This document shows positions 21,690 to 32,559 of a stretch of 33,000 bases of DNA, in pieces. A program made the position numbers and the translations under genes. The notes under the pieces are model-generated. The model was not told the DNA's origin and did not search any database. It saw nothing but the letters and a program-made list of their open reading frames with translations. The stretch is taken from positions 93,001 through 126,000 of the forward strand of contig RDEW01000052.1 in assembly GCA_011109175.1 (NCBI GenBank), read 5' to 3'. Source of the stretch: Dicyema japonicum. Lineage: Eukaryota > Animalia > Dicyemida. The first letter of the stretch is position 1, and the number at the start of each line of letters is the position of its first letter.

Positions 21690-22790
21690 CTACGAAATAA
21701 AAAAGAGTGAGGGCCGTCAGGTGATCCCGGCCTCCTTTAACATCCACCTCATTCTTCCTTTGTGCTCCTCTCGAGAGCCGACACACTTCCTGTATGGACG
21801 ATTCACTTTTCGGAGGTTTTGACTGAGCGCCCATTCTTCTCACGAGTTCCTCGAAAGGGTCGGCTTGAGTGGCGAGGAGGACCTTTGTAGGGCCCTCGTT
21901 ACTGTCTCTTGGAAGGAGTTTATTTTCTTTAGATTTGTATAGCATAGGTTAGTACCCCATGCAGCGCACGAGTAGTCGATTGAAGGTAGTATATATTGGG
22001 AGTAGAGATGATTTACTGTTAATTGGAAACATCTTTTGTAGTATCCAAGTAGCGTTTTTACAAAGTTTAGTTTTCGGTGGGAAGAGGAGATGATGTTGCT
22101 CACATGTTTGCTTAAGGTCATTAGTGAGGCATATGTGATCCCCAGTATTTTGGTTGTATTGTGGAGGGAATTGTTATCTCATTTAGGGTCAATGAAGGTG
22201 CCGAGTTTGTTAATCTTCTACTGAAAGTAAAAATCATGGAGTACAACTTTTCAGGACTTGGTGTGAATTGGTTCCTCCTAAGCTAAAAGTTCAGGTTGTC
22301 CAGTAACTCTTGTAAACGGGTACCCGCTGTGTGGATACACTGGTCTCTTGTTGCCAGGATTAAATCGTCAGCATAAGCAAGGAGCAGAGTATCGTCGCTG
22401 CTGAGGGAAAGCATGTCGCTCATAAAGAGGTTGAAGAGAATGGGTGAGAGAGGGGATCCTTGCGGACCCCATTCGGCGGAAATTGGTGACAAATATTGAA
22501 TGTGAAATTACTTTTCGTCTGTTGAGGAAGTTTGCAGGCAAAATTTTCAAGTTGTTTGCAATGTTGGAGCCATAAATCTTCCTGGTGAGCTGTTTCCTCG
22601 GTATCGAGTCTAGAGGAAACAAGGAAGGAGCTGTCATGTTGACCTTGGGAAGAAGGTTAATGGATGAATTATCTGAGGAGGAAGATAAACGCCTAGCATG
22701 AATTAAGTGTGTGAATAAGATAGAGGTTTTCATGAAGAGAACCAAGTCCAAAGCTCTTACATTCAGACGAGGTTAAACTAAGGAGGAGAG
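21690..22790 (-). mobile_element. I/Jockey-like LINE ORF2 remnant (RT and thumb)
   Basis: PQGSPLSPILFNLFMSD, LAYADDL, LGITY, ILPSIDYSCAAWG. Confidence 0.8.
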
Positions 22791-22859
22791 GGAAAACAGG
22801 CTAAAAATACACACCCTTTAAAAAAATCTTGAATTATTACAAATAACAGAAGCACTCTG

Positions 22860-23665
22860 GAGTAGGTTTGCAAGAGGGAACGTGTCGGTGTAGGTGACTG
22901 CCCAGACAAGAGGTTTCCCGTCACGCTTTCATGACAATTATTCGAGCATGGATGGGTCTAAGGCGGCGTCCAAAGCTTGCCTAACTACTTTGTTAAAGCC
23001 CATGTGTCTGGGAGATCAGTCTGCACTCTTCATGCTGGAGAGAGGGTGTAGGCCAAAATAGTTGATCTGGTCTCCGCATCGGCAGGAATGCGGCACACAG
23101 ATTTTTAATCCCAGTTGTAAAGAGATCCCAATACGGACGTATTCATCATACAGAAAGGTACCCTAAACTCCATTAAGAAAGGCGTTGAGCTAGGCAACGG
23201 TCTCGGAAGACGCTCCCGACAACAAAGAAACACGGCGATGTTGGTTAGATGACACTAGCAGATCTTCAAAAGAATTCTGACATACAGCATCGTTTAAACA
23301 CGTTGAAAAACATGAAAGGTTGGGAGAACTGATAAGTCAATAGAGAATTCAGAGAGGGAGTGTAGAATCCTCTTGACAAGGGTGTTACAGACCATTAGCA
23401 ATGAGAGATATGCAGGGAGAGAAATGTGTAGTGTTGAATTCCAAGCCCTCCGAGTCTCTCCAGCAGTATGGCTTGCTTCCACGAGTAATCCTCGAATCGG
23501 ACGTTGAAGATACACGCCACTGTCGAACGGAAGATCCCGTCAATCTGTGCGAGTTTGTCACACTGGGTGAAATAAGGAGCAGTCCTTAGGACATATGCAA
23601 GCCTCTCTACGTTGAGGCTGTTCTTTAGGAGAATAATACGTATGCACGTCAAGTAGACACAAACT
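22860..23665 (-). mobile_element. CRE-clade non-LTR retrotransposon remnant
   Basis: LLKNSL...LAYVLRTAP, WKQAIL.ERLGGLGI, LRIG.PL...C.PHSCRCG, RDGKPLVW. Confidence 0.85.
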
Positions 23666-24234
23666 GTCTAGACTCTAGAGTCTCTCAAGAACTTATTTTT
23701 CACGTATAGCTCTCCCCATTGCATGCGTGGTATTTGGAGATTTATGGAATATAAGGTCTTCGTCGAACGTGGAAATACTTCTAGATAGTAAGTTCGCGAA
23801 AGATGACAGTTTTTAATACTTCTCTTCTGAAAGTCCACAATTTTAATATGAAACTTTGGGATAGAAAATTGTTTAAATTTTTTTCATCTTGAGGGTAAAA
23901 CTGCTAAAGAATCCAGGCCTCACGACATGATTTTAAAAAAGAAACATCCTCACCAGAAGGGTTTGAACAAAAAGGTACAGGGGTCGTCTGCCATAGGAGG
24001 GTGTTTTTACTCATAAAAAACTGTCTCATGGGAGCAATTCATTGGGGTAGAATTAGAACTGCGGCAGTCAGATATCTTTATGCATTTTCTTTCTACCCGT
24101 GAATTACGCCTTTCAGGCCCAACTATAGTTGGTTGATGAGATTACCAAGATTCCTTAAAGGTACTCAAGCTTGCTTCCAACCTTAAAGGTACTTAAGTTT
24201 TTTTTGTTTAATGAATTTTTCATTAATGAATATT

Positions 24235-24567
24235 TTACTTAATGAATCAGAGAAAGGCAATAGTGAATTAAATAAAGAAAAAATTTATAACTTCATTATT
24301 GGAATATCAATCGGAGGAAATTCCAATATTATTTATGGATGAAACAAATATAAACATGCACATATCCCGTAAAAAGGGTCGATCAAAAAAAGGAACAAGG
24401 GCTAATGTCGTTGCAACAAGTTCGTGAGGTGCCAATGTACATTTCATTTATGAATTCAAACGTGGATCCTTTAATAAAGAATCCGCCCATGAATGGGTGA
24501 GAATTTGTCTGCGAAAAGGCAGGCAAGTTTACAATTTTCCTGTAGTGCTAGTAGTAGACAATGCTCC
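24235..24567 (+). mobile_element. Tc1/IS630-like transposase, left part (first two catalytic Asp), interrupted at DNAP
   Basis: ILFMDETNINMHISR..GRSKKG, GANVH, EFKRGSF, VVLVVDNAP. It continues seamlessly at 26981 (CHSGVEE). Confidence 0.85.
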
Positions 24568-24572
24568 GGTAA

Positions 24573-24787
24573 CCGGTAAATTCATCGCCGGTAATTCATC
24601 GCTGGTTCATCGCCGGTAAATTCATCGCTGGTAATTCATCGCCGGTAAATTCATCGCGGTAATTCATCGCGGTAAATTCATCGCTGGTAAATTCATCGCG
24701 GTAATTTCATCGCCGTAAATTCATCGCGAGGTAAATTCATCGCCGGTAAATTCATCGCTGGTAAATTCATCGCGGTTAATTCAAGCG
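24573..24787 (+). repeat. Tandem array of about 15 units of CCGGTAAATTCATCG (11-16 nt variants) at the left end of the MULE insertion
   Basis: Directly readable head-to-tail units with no spacers. The array starts at the Tc1 breakpoint and ends at ACCACGTGG. Confidence 0.95.
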
Positions 24788-25224
24788 ACCACGTGGGTTC
24801 TTAAAAAAAGAGGTCGAAATTTTGATTTTTTATATTATAGTTAAATTGCGATTTTGGAGATTATTCGGCGATAGGAATCATGTATCCGTGACGGTAGGAC
24901 CTATGAAAACTGAAGAGAGGGGACCTATTTTTTCACCTCTCTTCAGAAGTTGACGTATGCCTGCCATGTATTATTGGCGGGATCAATTTAGTTATCACAA
25001 GCAGACGTTCTCTTTTGCGTTCCCTCCTTGGATTAATTACCAATGACTGTTTTTGCTAGGCTTACCAAAGATTGTACGCCTGTGGCTTACAAATAATAAA
25101 ATAAATAACTCTGTCAGTATTCATCTATATACGACGATTGAAACATAAAATTGCCAGTTTTCTTTAGTGCTGAGGACAGTATTCATCTCTATCTTAAACA
25201 CAAGAGTAATGGTAATAAATTTAT

Positions 25225-25740
25225 TTATAACAATAACTTCTTCTTGTCGAAAAAGCGCAGGTCGATTCGCTAGACACAAGGCTATAAATGAAGTGGTGAA
25301 GCGCGCCCTCGAGTTGGCGGGATACCCATCCATTCTAGAGCCAACGGGCTTGAAGTAGGGATGATGGGAAGCGACCCGATGGAATTACTGTCTTCCCCTT
25401 CTCTCGGGGCAAATGCTTAATTTGGGATGCTGCCTGTACTGACAGCTTTTCCCAGTCGAAACTTTTGAGGTCGGCAATGAAAGCGGGAGAGGCCGCCCGT
25501 TTATATGAAAACTCAAAAATAAAGAAATACAGCAGCCTCCTAAACCGTTTCCATGTACAGCCAGTGGTCGTCGAGACGAGCGGAGTCTTTGGCCCCAAGA
25601 CGGTCTCTTTCCTTAGAGCACTTGGGTGTCTATTGACCAAAGCCTCGAGGGAGCGTCGGGAAACCGAGTGGCTTTTCCAAGGATATCCTTGGCAGTAGTC
25701 AGAGGTAACAGCCACTCGATCAGAGTAATGGTTGCATTTA
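25225..25740 (+). mobile_element. CRE-clade retrotransposon 3' fragment (zinc knuckle end and RLE), inserted in the MULE 5' region
   Basis: [65 protein letters not shown]. Confidence 0.88.
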
Positions 25741-25909
25741 ATTGTGTTTCTTTTAACTGATAAAGTAGCTTATAATCTGTTGATAATGTCCTTGAATTCT
25801 TTTGTAATGTGGTGATAATGCCCTTGAATTCTTTTGTACTTTATCGTCATTATCATAATTGATTACTATAAAGTGATATTTTTTCGCTAATTTCTTATAT
25901 CTTGACAGC

Positions 25910-26980
25910 ATGGCTTTGCAATTTGTAATGAGTGATAGAAATATGAGAAAACTTTTTTTAGATGGATACATTTACTGTTTTTGAAAAATTTAATGGCGAA
26001 GTCACATTATGGAAATGTGAATCCTACTACAAAATTAAATGTAAAGCGAGAGTACACACCAAGGGAGACATCATTATTAAAAGAGTCAACGAACACAATC
26101 ATGCTGGTGATGCTGCATATGTCGAATCAAAGAGAATTACTCAAGAAATAAAAAGAAGAGCTCTTGCATCACAAGATAATCCACATATTATTACGACTGA
26201 AGTGTGTGTGGGTTTGCCACTAGAGGTGTCTGCCCGACTACCCATAGCTTCTTTAATTAAAAGAAACATTAGAAATTCAAGAAATGCAAAAGATCAAGCT
26301 CCTCCTAATCCACTTAACATAGACCAGTTAAGAATACCTCCAGAATACAGATACTCTTATGCCAATGAACCTTTTCTATTGTTTGATAGTGAAGACAGTG
26401 TTAACAGAACAATAATTTTTACAACGAGAAAAAATCTGAATTTGCTTTCCACTACAAACTTTTGGTATGCGGATGGTACTTTTAAGACAGTCCCATATTT
26501 GTTTAATCAATTATATACGATTCATGGACTAGTAAATAATGATGTTTTACCACTTATATACATTTTAATGTGTAAAAGAACGGAAGAAAGCTATAAAAAA
26601 GTTTTTTCGGAATTAAAATCATTGGAGCCATCGTTATCACCGAGGACAATTATGACTGATTTCGAAAAAGCAGCTATAAATGGATTTAATATTATATTTC
26701 CTGATGCTATTACGAAGGGCTGTTTCTTTCATTTGTCCCAATCCATATTTAGATGCATCCAATCACAGGGATTGCAATTATTATATCAGAGAGATTCAGA
26801 ATTCGCTTTGAAAATGCGCATGATTGCGGCGCTGGCATTTGTCCCAACATTACACGTTGTTCATTATTTTGAACATTTGTGCGATTACAACAGTTTCCCA
26901 GAAGAAGCTCAACCTGTACTGGATTATGTAAAAGATATTTGGATAGGACGTCCCGACCGCCGTCAAGTACGTCGTTGTCC
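25910..26980 (+). mobile_element. MULE (FLYWCH + DDE) transposase, C-terminally truncated
   Basis: The natural start is MALQFVMSDRNMRKLFLDGYIY (ATG 25910), with a +1 shift at about 25975. Motifs: WKC...KCKARV...HNH (FLYWCH), WYADGTFK, QLYTIHG, IMTDFE, GCFFHLSQS. Confidence 0.93.
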
Positions 26981-27185
26981 ATGCCATTCAGGAGTTGAAG
27001 AAATTGTCAGAGATAATGAATTCATCGGAAATAAAATTTTAAGATTGGGTCCCTATAGCCCTATGCTCAACCCAATTGAAAATATTTGCTCAGTTTTCAA
27101 AGCTGATGTAAAAATACACATTGCTACAGATATGAAAAATATTTTGGATGGTGTGAGACAAGTAGAGATTTTGCTACAGATATAA
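25962..27185 (+). CDS. 407-aa chimeric ORF: MULE transposase fused in frame to a Tc1/IS630 C-terminus
   Basis: Stop-free frame with junction RRCP|CHSGVEE at 26980/26981. The distal part ILRLGPYSPMLNPIENICSVFKADVK is the DDE_3 third-Glu motif. Confidence 0.8.
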   Translation: MDTFTVFEKFNGEVTLWKCESYYKIKCKARVHTKGDIIIKRVNEHNHAGDAAYVESKRITQEIKRRALASQDNPHIITTEVCVGLPLEVSARLPIASLIKRNIRNSRNAKDQAPPNPLNIDQLRIPPEYRYSYANEPFLLFDSEDSVNRTIIFTTRKNLNLLSTTNFWYADGTFKTVPYLFNQLYTIHGLVNNDVLPLIYILMCKRTEESYKKVFSELKSLEPSLSPRTIMTDFEKAAINGFNIIFPDAITKGCFFHLSQSIFRCIQSQGLQLLYQRDSEFALKMRMIAALAFVPTLHVVHYFEHLCDYNSFPEEAQPVLDYVKDIWIGRPDRRQVRRCPCHSGVEEIVRDNEFIGNKILRLGPYSPMLNPIENICSVFKADVKIHIATDMKNILDGVRQVEILLQI

Positions 27186-27200
27186 CAGAAGTGTTTGTAT
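26981..27200 (+). mobile_element. Tc1/IS630-like transposase, right part
   Basis: CHS..., LGPYSPMLNPIE. It completes the element broken at 24567. Confidence 0.85.
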
Positions 27201-27564
27201 TCCTAATCAATCCTCTCCATAAATTAAGGAATCCAGCAATTATCAATTTTTTAAAGGTATTAGACTTCCGCTGTCCTCAGACTTTACTTGCCACAATATT
27301 GTAAAAAAATTGGCTAGACAGAAAATTGCCAATATACAGTAGGACCCCGCCCCAATCAAACCCCGGCCCTGGGGCACCCTCTGTATTTGGGGCTATTTTT
27401 TAAATAAATATAATTATAAATGATCTTTTACATTTTTTCACATTTTTCGTTCAATAAATTCAAAATAAAAACCCCGCTTTTTGGGGCACTTTCTCTATAG
27501 AAAATTTAAAAATCTATTATTTAATTTTTATCTTTAATTTATTAATTTTCAAATAATTGTAAGC

Positions 27565-28030
27565 ATGCCTTCGAAGTTTAGTCGTCATTTGAAACAACAG
27601 ATTTTCGATTCTTTAATAAATCAAAAAATAATTCACCGGGCAGACCTTCTTCTCAAGCAGAGGAAATGAAAAATGCTAAGTATTCGGATATCAGCGACAG
27701 GTACATTTTCACACCTGTCGCGAGCGAAACTTCGGGGAACTTTGGCCCTAAAACGCTGAAGTTCCTGAATCATCTTGGAAAACTACTATCCGACAAAACT
27801 GGTGATCTTCGTGAGACGAGATGGCTCAAGGAGAGGCTCTCGTTGGCTGTTGTCCGTGGGAATAGCTTGTGCATCTCCAAACAGCTGAATAATTAAAATT
27901 AACTATTCTTTTTCTTTATAATAAACCAAATATGTCAGAAATAAAAATTTGTCGATTATACAAGATTGGAAAAGGAACTGTTTCTCGAATTAAAAAAGAA
28001 ATTGGAAAGGAAAACACAAAAAAACAGTTT
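27565..28030 (+). mobile_element. N-terminal HTH of a DNA transposase, split by the CRE insertion at 27631-27896
   Basis: MPSKFSRHLKQQIFDSLINQK joins NMSEIKICRLYKIGKGTVSRIKKE (HTH-like). The GC-rich motifs at 27342-27385 may be a terminus. Confidence 0.45.
27631..27896 (+). mobile_element. CRE-clade retrotransposon 3' fragment
   Basis: KNAKYSD...FTPVASETSG.FGP...RETRWLKERLSLAVVRGNS. Confidence 0.85.
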
Positions 28031-28379
28031 ATTTTTATAATCTGTATACAAACAAATAACTTTTTTGAGGCAATACTTCATTTTACAAATATCGAGGAAT
28101 ATATGAATTCAACAGCATCTTGTGTGAAAACACAGTAGTCAAATAGATTAATCCAGATATAGGCTGTTTCAGTGAGATTAATATATTTTTCAGATTGTGA
28201 AGGATCACTAAATGATGAAAACTGCGATGACAGTCATGCTTCCAATAAGAACGGTAAAAAGGTTTTCTTTAAGATAATATTAATTTAGAAGAAACGCCGT
28301 ATCATTTGATTTTAATCCACCAAAATTCGATTCAGAATATTTTAAGAAAATGAATAAAAAATGGGTGTACACAATGAAA

Positions 28380-28480
28380 ATTCATTCAAAACTGGTGATA
28401 AGGTAATAATTTATTAATATTTGTAAAAAAAATTCAGAGTTACGAAAGATTTTGGGACTAATCCATATTTAGCCCTTTTG
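28380..28480 (+). mobile_element. Possible Ginger/GIN-like integrase C-terminal remnant
   Basis: FKTGDKV...VTKDFGTNP resembles the GDKV..DFD.N tail of such integrases. The match is short. Confidence 0.3.
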
Positions 28481-29999
28481 AGTCTCCATATGGTGAAAGT
28501 GTAACAAATACTAATACCGTTTTACACAATATTGTCGAAATAACAGATGTCCGATGCAATAAAAAACACGGTAGCCTTTCAATACATGCTTCACGAAATA
28601 AGCTCTAAATGAATTAATGAAATTTTTTTTCGAATATAATATCCAAAATTAAAAAAATAGACAATGCCGAATTTGTAAATATTATCATAAATTTTTGTGA
28701 ATAAAATTTTGAAGTTTTACCGGCTTGTGTGGATGAGTGATAGAGATGTTATGGAAAATATTCAAAACTAAAGGACTTCGAACTACCACATTCTGAAATG
28801 GAGTCAGTTGCCTTCCTTCATGAGGTTAGACCCGAAAGAAAAGGAATGCCTTAAAAGACATTTGATGACACTTCTCCATCAGCGGGAGAATGCAACATGG
28901 GTGTGCGATAAAAGCGGGTGTCGAACTTATAGTTCTGTCAGAAGCGGAGTACTTTATTTTTAGGTACTTGAATTTACAGGAGTTAAACCCAAGATAATAT
29001 CAATTCATACAACAGTTATGATTTCAATGACTTTTCTACTAATGATGAAAATTTTTTTAATGACGAAGAATTCTTGGAAAAAATCCGAGCACAAGTTGTT
29101 AAAACTCTGAATAAGATAATAATGAACTCGAAAAAAATAAAGAAAGTTGGACGCGATAAATCATATTGAAATTTGAAAAATTCTTTTTAAAATACGAAAA
29201 TAGTGGATTATCAATTCTTGGAATGCTGTGTAATAAATCAGTAGAAATTAAAGAGAAAATCGTTGATAACGGGTTTTGTGATAAAATTAAATATAGAATC
29301 TTGATTTTTCTTAAAATTTTATTATATTGATTTTAACAGTTTTTATCCATTACTTTTTTATTGAAGCATTAAAAATGAAGAAAAGTTGCGTTGATTAATC
29401 AGACAATGTAGACCAGAAAATCTTGTAAAAAATGTGATCAATGCAGATCCAAAAATCAAATTTTACGGAAAAATCAATATTCAGTATTGTTAAAAAAACG
29501 AGAGGTGTGGGTTTCCATAAGTGAGCAACGTGGGAATCAAAAGCAAACTTTAAGAAAAAAATCAATATTGATTGAAACGGACATAAAAAGAAAATCTCCA
29601 ATATAAAATCAATATTCAATAAAAAAGTAGAAAACTACATTGATTGAAACCAATATATAATATTTCAATATCCTTGATTAGTCCAAGAAAAAACAATTTT
29701 TGAAATTGGCAAAATTCTCCTATCGAACATTTTGCCAATACTCCTCCAGAACTAATGAAAGATCTGATGTATAATATTGAGCTATACCTTTGAGAAAACT
29801 ATGATATATGATATTGAAGTATATCTCAAATAGATATCTTTATGAAAGGTAACTTAAAAGTTCGACACAACTACAACAAAGCCAAACTACAGACACGTTG
29901 CACGCCACATGTATTTATAATAGGTTTACCATATTATAATATATTCCAAATTTAGTAAATTATTAAATTTTTTAATGTTATTTATTTATTTTTATTTGT

Positions 30000-30290
30000 T
30001 TACCCCCCGGTACCTTCAAGTGAAAGAAACCGGTGGATAACAAAACCTTAGTCAAGAGCGGATTCTCCCAGAGATCCGGCAGTTATATTGGTTTTGAAAA
30101 GAACTAGTAGGTCGATCCGAACAAGTGAAAGATGTTTTGTCTTCCGGTAGTCAAGAAAGCATGATGGGAATAGTGGAGAGGAGGATTGTCCAATCCTATA
30201 CAGATATGAATGTAACTTCAAGTGATGACCACAACGTAGGCGCGCCAAGCGGAGACAAACCTCCTGTGATAGGAAGCTCCACTTCTGTCA
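30000..30290 (-). mobile_element. 3' end of an I/R1-like LINE (C-terminal zinc-finger region and structured 3' UTR)
   Basis: QEVCLRLARLRCGHH..HSYLYRIG..SP..PSC, ending GSLGESALD*, then hairpins and an A-rich tail. Confidence 0.75.
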
Positions 30291-30594
30291 ACGATAGGTG
30301 TAATACGCTCCAGAAGCTTGTTGATACTAAGGCTTCTGATTTTTAATCTGCTCAGATATGTTTAATTAAGTCCTCACTGGGTTCGACTTGAGTCCCTCGA
30401 GCGATCAATAATTATTCCGTGGCATTCAGTCAACCAATTGTCAAAGTCCTGGAGGCGCTCGGTGTGCTTTTGATACATCGAAAAAAGGGACCATTAGCTT
30501 TTTTCACCAGGGGGACATGTCGCCTCGGTCAATTTTGGCCTTGTCTCGGCTTCTCGGACCCCTGTTTCTGACGACACCCATTTATGACCGAGGC

Positions 30595-30780
30595 AACCTG
30601 AAGGATCGGATTTCTGTTATTCAACTTAACGTGAACTGGATTAAAGGGCACTCATTCCAAAATTCAAGATTGACATATACTAATTCAAGGATCGAAGACA
30701 TCGTCTAATGGCACTACACCTTTATTGATCTGTAGGGATTTTAACGTCACGCATCCTTTCTAACACGCTGATTCAAAGAG
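30595..30780 (+). mobile_element. AP endonuclease remnant of an I/Jockey-like LINE
   Basis: ISVIQLNVN and LLICRDFNVTHP (cf. GDFNA.HP). Confidence 0.5.
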
Positions 30781-30829
30781 AAATTTACTTGCGTCACAAG
30801 AAACGAAGAAGAACATGCAGCGTAACCAC

Positions 30830-31176
30830 CAGCTGCTAGCTACTCTCATAATTGAGAACGTTTTCCTCTACGATTTGCAAGGAAATGCGCTCAATGAGCC
30901 AACTCCTTTCTCTTCGATTCTGTTTAGCAGGATCAGTGACCTGCTTCTAATAATTCCTGACGTTTCCACTGCCACTAGTTCGAAAATTAACTGTCCACTA
31001 AAACATGTGTATTTCTTTAACTTTATGGTCTCAGCCTTCTCCGAAGCAGAGCCTGGCTTAGTTGTAGTCGTTGTAAGGTTGGAGGGAGAGAGGCTATTGA
31101 CACAGGTGCCGTCCCAGGCAAGGTATTTACCACTTTCCCATGAGAAGAGAGTGGTTCCGTCAGGTCATCGGTTGGC
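30830..31176 (-). mobile_element. CRE-clade RLE fragment inserted in an I-like LINE
   Basis: PDGTTLFSWESGKYLAWDGTC...AE..KLKKY...VAVETSG. Confidence 0.8.
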
Positions 31177-31760
31177 TTGAGCAAGTCCAAGCGGCTTCAA
31201 TTTTTCTATGCCGATGACATAGTTGCCGCATCTAGGGACGTAAATGTCGAACATGCTAAAGAAAGACTACAAGGAATACTAAATAACATATTTGGTTGGT
31301 TGTGTGAAAATCGATTGCATGTTCCGGTAAGTCAGCAGTCACTCTATTCACTAAAAATAGAAAGATAGAACGCAAACAATTGATGTCACCTTAAATGGAG
31401 TACCTATACCACAAAAGAATTCGGAGAAGATACTGAGAGTAACTTTTGATACTTTTCCCTGCTTCTCAGCCTATGTGGAATCTATCATATCAACCTGTGC
31501 AAAAAAGATCAATTTTGTCAAAGCTTTCCTTTGGAACTGTGGAAAAATTTATCCCCCAGGTGTCGGGACCAACTACAAGCAGCATATCCACCCAACAATA
31601 GATTATGCATGTGCTGCTGAGGATCTAACTTGGCGGCAACGAAACTAATAAAAATTCAAGAGATCCAGTCAAAAGGAATCAATTTACTGAAAAAAATACG
31701 GATAGAAAAATTGTCCCCAGAACACTTGAGTCTATCATAGAGACAATTTCAGAAGAGGAG
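31177..31760 (+). mobile_element. I/Jockey-like RT/thumb remnant, related to 21690-22790
   Basis: FFYADDI...RLQGILNN, LNGVPIP, ILRVTFD, IHPTIDYACAA. Confidence 0.75.
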
Positions 31761-31914
31761 GGATAAAAGACCCCGTTAGAGTTTAATTTCGGAAATCTGT
31801 TTTATAAGCTAAATGATAACTTTTTAAATATTCTATTTAATTAATATATTGAAACACGTGTCTAGGTTTCGAAATTTAGACTAAAATTAGCCACGTGGTC
31901 TGGGTCCGGACGGG

Positions 31915-32327
31915 TTACGTTCTTGAGGTATTTTGGCAATCACATGGTATTCAGAATGGGAAACCTATTGTATAAATTAATTTTTTACTTTAAGTGGAAT
32001 AAAAAACTTGCAAATTGTGCACTCTTGGACAATTCTTTCAATAATTTTCCGTTTTATTGAAAAATAGGAGTGCAAACATTCTTGATGCAGTTTACGAATC
32101 CCCGAATGGCTATTTCTATGGCTAGACTCCGCGATGGTTCGCATTTCAGACTCGTTGTCCATGCAAATAACCAGCCTGTGCTTTTCAATTTTTTCGTCTT
32201 TTAGGTATAATCGACCATGGATGACAGTAAATTTCTCGGATTTTTTGATTAATTTGTATTTTGCTTGTCTCGAAGATGTCTGAACAGGGCCACCATTTAG
32301 AATGCTCACTATAAATTGATATTCCAT
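31915..32327 (-). mobile_element. Ginger/GIN-like integrase N-terminus (HHCC zinc domain) with a 24-nt intron, 3'-truncated
   Basis: SHRNSHSGI...YFSIKR..IERIVQECTIC (H-H-C-C). The intron 31988-31965 (gtaaaaaattaatttatacaatag) joins PLK to VSHSEYHVIAKIPQER, the usual lead-in to the core domain. Confidence 0.7.
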
Positions 32328-32559
32328 GCTATTTTTGACAAAGCCTATTTTCAGATACAGAAATAAACATTTTTTAGAGCACATGTTGAATATTCATGAG
32401 TTACGACAAAATATATTAAATATGTCCGACACGATTAAAAATGATCAAACCCACATTAAGCATGACATTTGACAAGTGGCCTTAACAGCGATTGACAGGT
32501 GGCATGTAACCATCAGCGTAACCACCAATTCGATTTAAAAATAGCTTAATTTCTATTTT

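Noticed and set aside
24573-24787. CRISPR-like array
   Set aside because: Units are head-to-tail with no unique spacers, and the context is eukaryotic with no cas genes.
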